Part shown: positions 58,310-59,630 of the stretch, in pieces
How positions within the stretch are numbered: position 1 is the stretch's first letter
How the letters are laid out: each line of letters starts with the position of its first letter
From: Macrostomum lignano
Lineage: Eukaryota
Direction: 5' to 3'
DNA: 59,630 nucleotides
NCBI GenBank assembly: GCA_002269645.1
Contig: NIVC01004118.1
Span: 1-59,630 of the forward strand
Notes under the pieces: model-generated
Told to the model about the DNA's origin: nothing
Databases searched by the model: none
Seen by the model: the letters and a program-made list of their open reading frames with translations, nothing else
Program-made: the position numbers and the translations under genes

Positions 58310-58570
58310 AAGGATTAGAATCTGATAGCGATGGATTGGAATCTGAGGGTGGTGGATTGGAATCTGAGGGTGATGGATTGGAATCTGAGGGTGGTGGATT
58401 GGAATCTGAGGGTGATGGATTGGAAGCTGAGGATAGATGGATTGGAATCTGATGCCGATGGATTGGAAGCTGAGGATAGATGGATTGGAATCTGATGCCG
58501 ATGGATTGGAAGCTGAGGATAGATGGATTGGAATCTGATGCCGATGGATTGGAAGCTGAGGATAGATGGG
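58310..58570. repeat. GATGGATTGGAA(T/G)CTGA-based repeat at the 3' end of the hydrolase gene
   Basis: 21-bp units followed by a longer composite unit. Confidence 0.85.
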
Positions 58571-59291
58571 TAGAAGTATTGAAATCTGGCTTGAACCAGA
58601 ACTTAGACATGTAAAGTTATGAAAGTTTTTATATTTATTCTGAAAATTCCGCTAGTGGCAAATCGCGACAATCTTTATAGGCTACTCATAGTACTCTGAT
58701 GATACTTTTAGTCAGTAATTTTTTGAAGCATTACAAAAAACGTTTTACAATATCAGTAGGGTCAAAATGTTGATACAAGTTAATTTATCAGAGTTCTGTT
58801 ATTATTTTAGCAGTCGTTTAGTGAATATTTTGCTATTCATAATTATATAAAATATAAATCAACATTAACGCACCATATAATTTATATTTATTCAAATCAC
58901 ATATTTGTTTAAGCGCAATAATTTTATACAGTGGCTTACAAGTCAAATACACTTCATTATGTTAATGCTGCCTCCGAAGCATGCTAAAGTTTCATTAATT
59001 AATTGGCTTGCTACCAGTATAAAAGTACAGAGAGCATTAAAAAGTTAAGCTTTCAATAATTTCGAAATTCGAAAATTACTAACAAGTGAAAATCAAAATA
59101 GTAGCAATATGATTGCTTTAATAGTGTTTTAATAAAAGCAGTTGCTCCGAACAAAACTTCAACTTTGCAGGAGCTCGAAACTAAAAACCAAAAACTTGTT
59201 CAAGTCATAAGTTAACAGCAAATATGTTGTCATAATGGTAAGATTGATAATCAGCCAGAATTTTCCTTAATTTATAGGACTGAATCTTAGT

Positions 59292-59630
59292 AGCAATAGT
59301 TCCCGCTGTCCAGTGCATCAGAACACATATTAGCGATAGTTCCGCTGTCCCAGTGCATCAGAACACTATTAGCAATAGTTCCCGCTGTCCCAGTGCATCA
59401 GAACACATAGTAGCGATAGTTCCGCTGTCCCAGTGCATCAGAACACATAGTAGCAATAGTTCCCGCTGTCCCAGTGCATCAGAACACATAGTAGCGATAG
59501 TTCCCGCTGTCCAGTGCATCAGAACACATAGTAGCGATAGTTCCCGCTGTCCAGTGCATCAGAACATAGTAGCGATAGTTCCGCTGTCCCAGTGCATCAG
59601 AACACATAGTAGCGATAGTTCCGCTGCCGC
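59292..59630. repeat. ~40-41-bp minisatellite TAGCGATAGTTCCGCTGTCCCAGTGCATCAGAACACATAG, runs off the window
   Basis: About 8 copies. Confidence 0.93.

Overview
Eukaryotic (metazoan) genomic DNA with GT-AG introns, GC-rich exons and introns packed with minisatellites. The style suggests a free-living flatworm such as Macrostomum; this is inference and the taxon cannot be confirmed from the window. I reconstructed six spliced genes by hand with consistent exon phases: a PDZ-domain protein, a 164-aa Cys-containing orphan, ABCF2, a ~704-aa orphan, a 112-aa basic protein and a secreted beta-lactamase-like serine hydrolase. Mobile and repeat content includes two CORE-type tRNA SINEs, several MITE/foldback elements, tandem Helitron-like elements carrying satellites, and more than ten tandem arrays. 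The most notable locus is 29.6-32.2 kb. It holds a decayed Penelope-like retroelement (RT + GIY-YIG) with its own eroded hammerhead ribozyme and an inverted pLTR cap. About 180 bp away is a 392-bp tandem array in which each unit carries a different type I hammerhead ribozyme inside a structured RNA with pol III A/B-box-like motifs, i.e. a candidate non-LTR retrozyme/circRNA element. Only one of its three ribozyme cores is intact; the other two were lost by CpG transitions. All coordinates were counted by eye and may be off by a few bases.
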